Positions 63,117-64,000 of a stretch of 64,000 nt of DNA are shown here, one piece after another. The DNA is from Malacoraja senta (taxonomy: Eukaryota). Positions within the stretch are counted from its first letter, which is position 1. Each line of letters starts with the position of its first letter. The stretch is taken from positions 53,940,001 through 54,004,000 of the forward strand of contig CM075983.1 in the NCBI GenBank assembly GCA_038087875.1, written 5' to 3'. A program made the translations under genes and the position numbers. Below the pieces are notes generated by a model. The model made no database searches. It saw only the letters and a program-made list of their open reading frames with translations, and had not been told where the DNA came from.

Positions 63117-63937
63117 GCAGTATAATGTGGATAAATGTGAGGTTATCCACTTTGGTGGCAAAAACAGGAAAGCAGACTATTATTTAAATGGTGGCCGATT
63201 AGGAAAAGGGGAGATGCAGCGAGACCTGGGTGTCATGGTACACCAGTTATTGAAAGTAGGCATGCAGGTGCAGCAGGCAGTGAAGAAAGCGAATGGTATG
63301 TTAGCTTTCATAGCAAAAGGATTTGAGTATAGGAGCAGGGAGGTTCTACTGCAGTTGTACAGGGTCTTGGTGAGACCACACCTGGAGTATTGCGTACAGT
63401 TTTGGTCTCCAAATCTGAGGAAGGACATTATTGCCATAGAGGGAGTGCAGAGAAGGTTCACCAGACTGATTCCTGGGATGTCAGGACTTTCATATGAAGA
63501 AAGACTGGATAGACTCGGCTTATACTCGCTAGAATTTAGGAGATTGAGAGGGGATCTTATAGAAACTTACAAAATTCTTATGGGGTTGGACAGGCTAGAT
63601 GCAGGAAGATTGTTCCCGATGTTGGGGAAGTCCAGGACAAGGGGTCACAGCTTAAGGATAAGGGGGAAATCCTTTAAGACCGAGAGGAGAAAAACATTTT
63701 TCACACAGAGAGTGGTGAATCTCTGGAACTCTCTGCCACAGAGGGTAGTTGAGGCCAGTTCATTGGCTATATTTAAGAGGGAGTTAGATGTGGCCCTTGT
63801 GGCTAAAGGGATCAGGGGGTATGGAGAGAAGGCAGGTACGGGATACTGAGTTGGATGATCAGCCATGATCATATTGAATGGCGGTGCAGGCTCGAAGGGC
63901 CGAATGGCCTACTGCACCTATTTTCTATGTATCTATG
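63117..63937 (+). mobile_element. Young CR1 3' fragment nested antisense in an older CR1
   Basis: Open frame to stop 63849, nearly identical in translation to the 41724..43286 ORF; CTATG-type tail. Confidence 0.93.
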
Positions 63938-64000
63938 TGTAATCTGCAAATTTAGAGATGTTACATTTAATTCCTCTTTCTAAATAGTTAATATATATTG

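Noticed and set aside
62953-63849. 298-aa ORF as a novel gene
   Set aside because: Chance fusion of antisense CR1 sequence with a sense CR1 RT C-terminus.

Overview
Vertebrate genomic DNA, inferred to be from a cartilaginous fish (probably a skate or ray) because of its repeat families: HER1-type CR1 LINEs, HE1-type tRNA SINEs and abundant Penelope fragments. The only host gene is ABCB7, the mitochondrial Fe-S/glutathione ABC exporter, on the + strand. Twelve coding exons (1620 nt, 540 codons) can be traced from ATG 5759 to 61404 with canonical GT-AG junctions and consistent phases, and the gene continues past the window. The promoter is a CpG island preceded by a 16-copy, ~34-bp minisatellite carrying an RFX-like GTTGCTAGG motif in each unit. 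The introns are dense with mobile elements: a complete but decayed Gypsy/Mag LTR element (LTRs, tRNA-Ser PBS, PPT, 5-bp TSD), CR1, L1, L2, RTE, RTEX and Rex1/Babar LINEs, a Tc1 transposon, hAT- and Harbinger-like MITEs, and Penelope-like elements. A Tx1 LINE lies upstream of the gene. The most notable non-standard signals are (1) about ten hammerhead-ribozyme-like motifs in the Penelope repeats, one pair forming a ~180-bp palindrome; (2) two non-autonomous retroposons sharing a covarying RNA hairpin core but carrying different LINE-type tails; and (3) inverted young CR1 copies flanking exons 7-12, an 804-nt frame-closed block. All identifications were made by eye, and comparisons with human ABCB7 are from memory.
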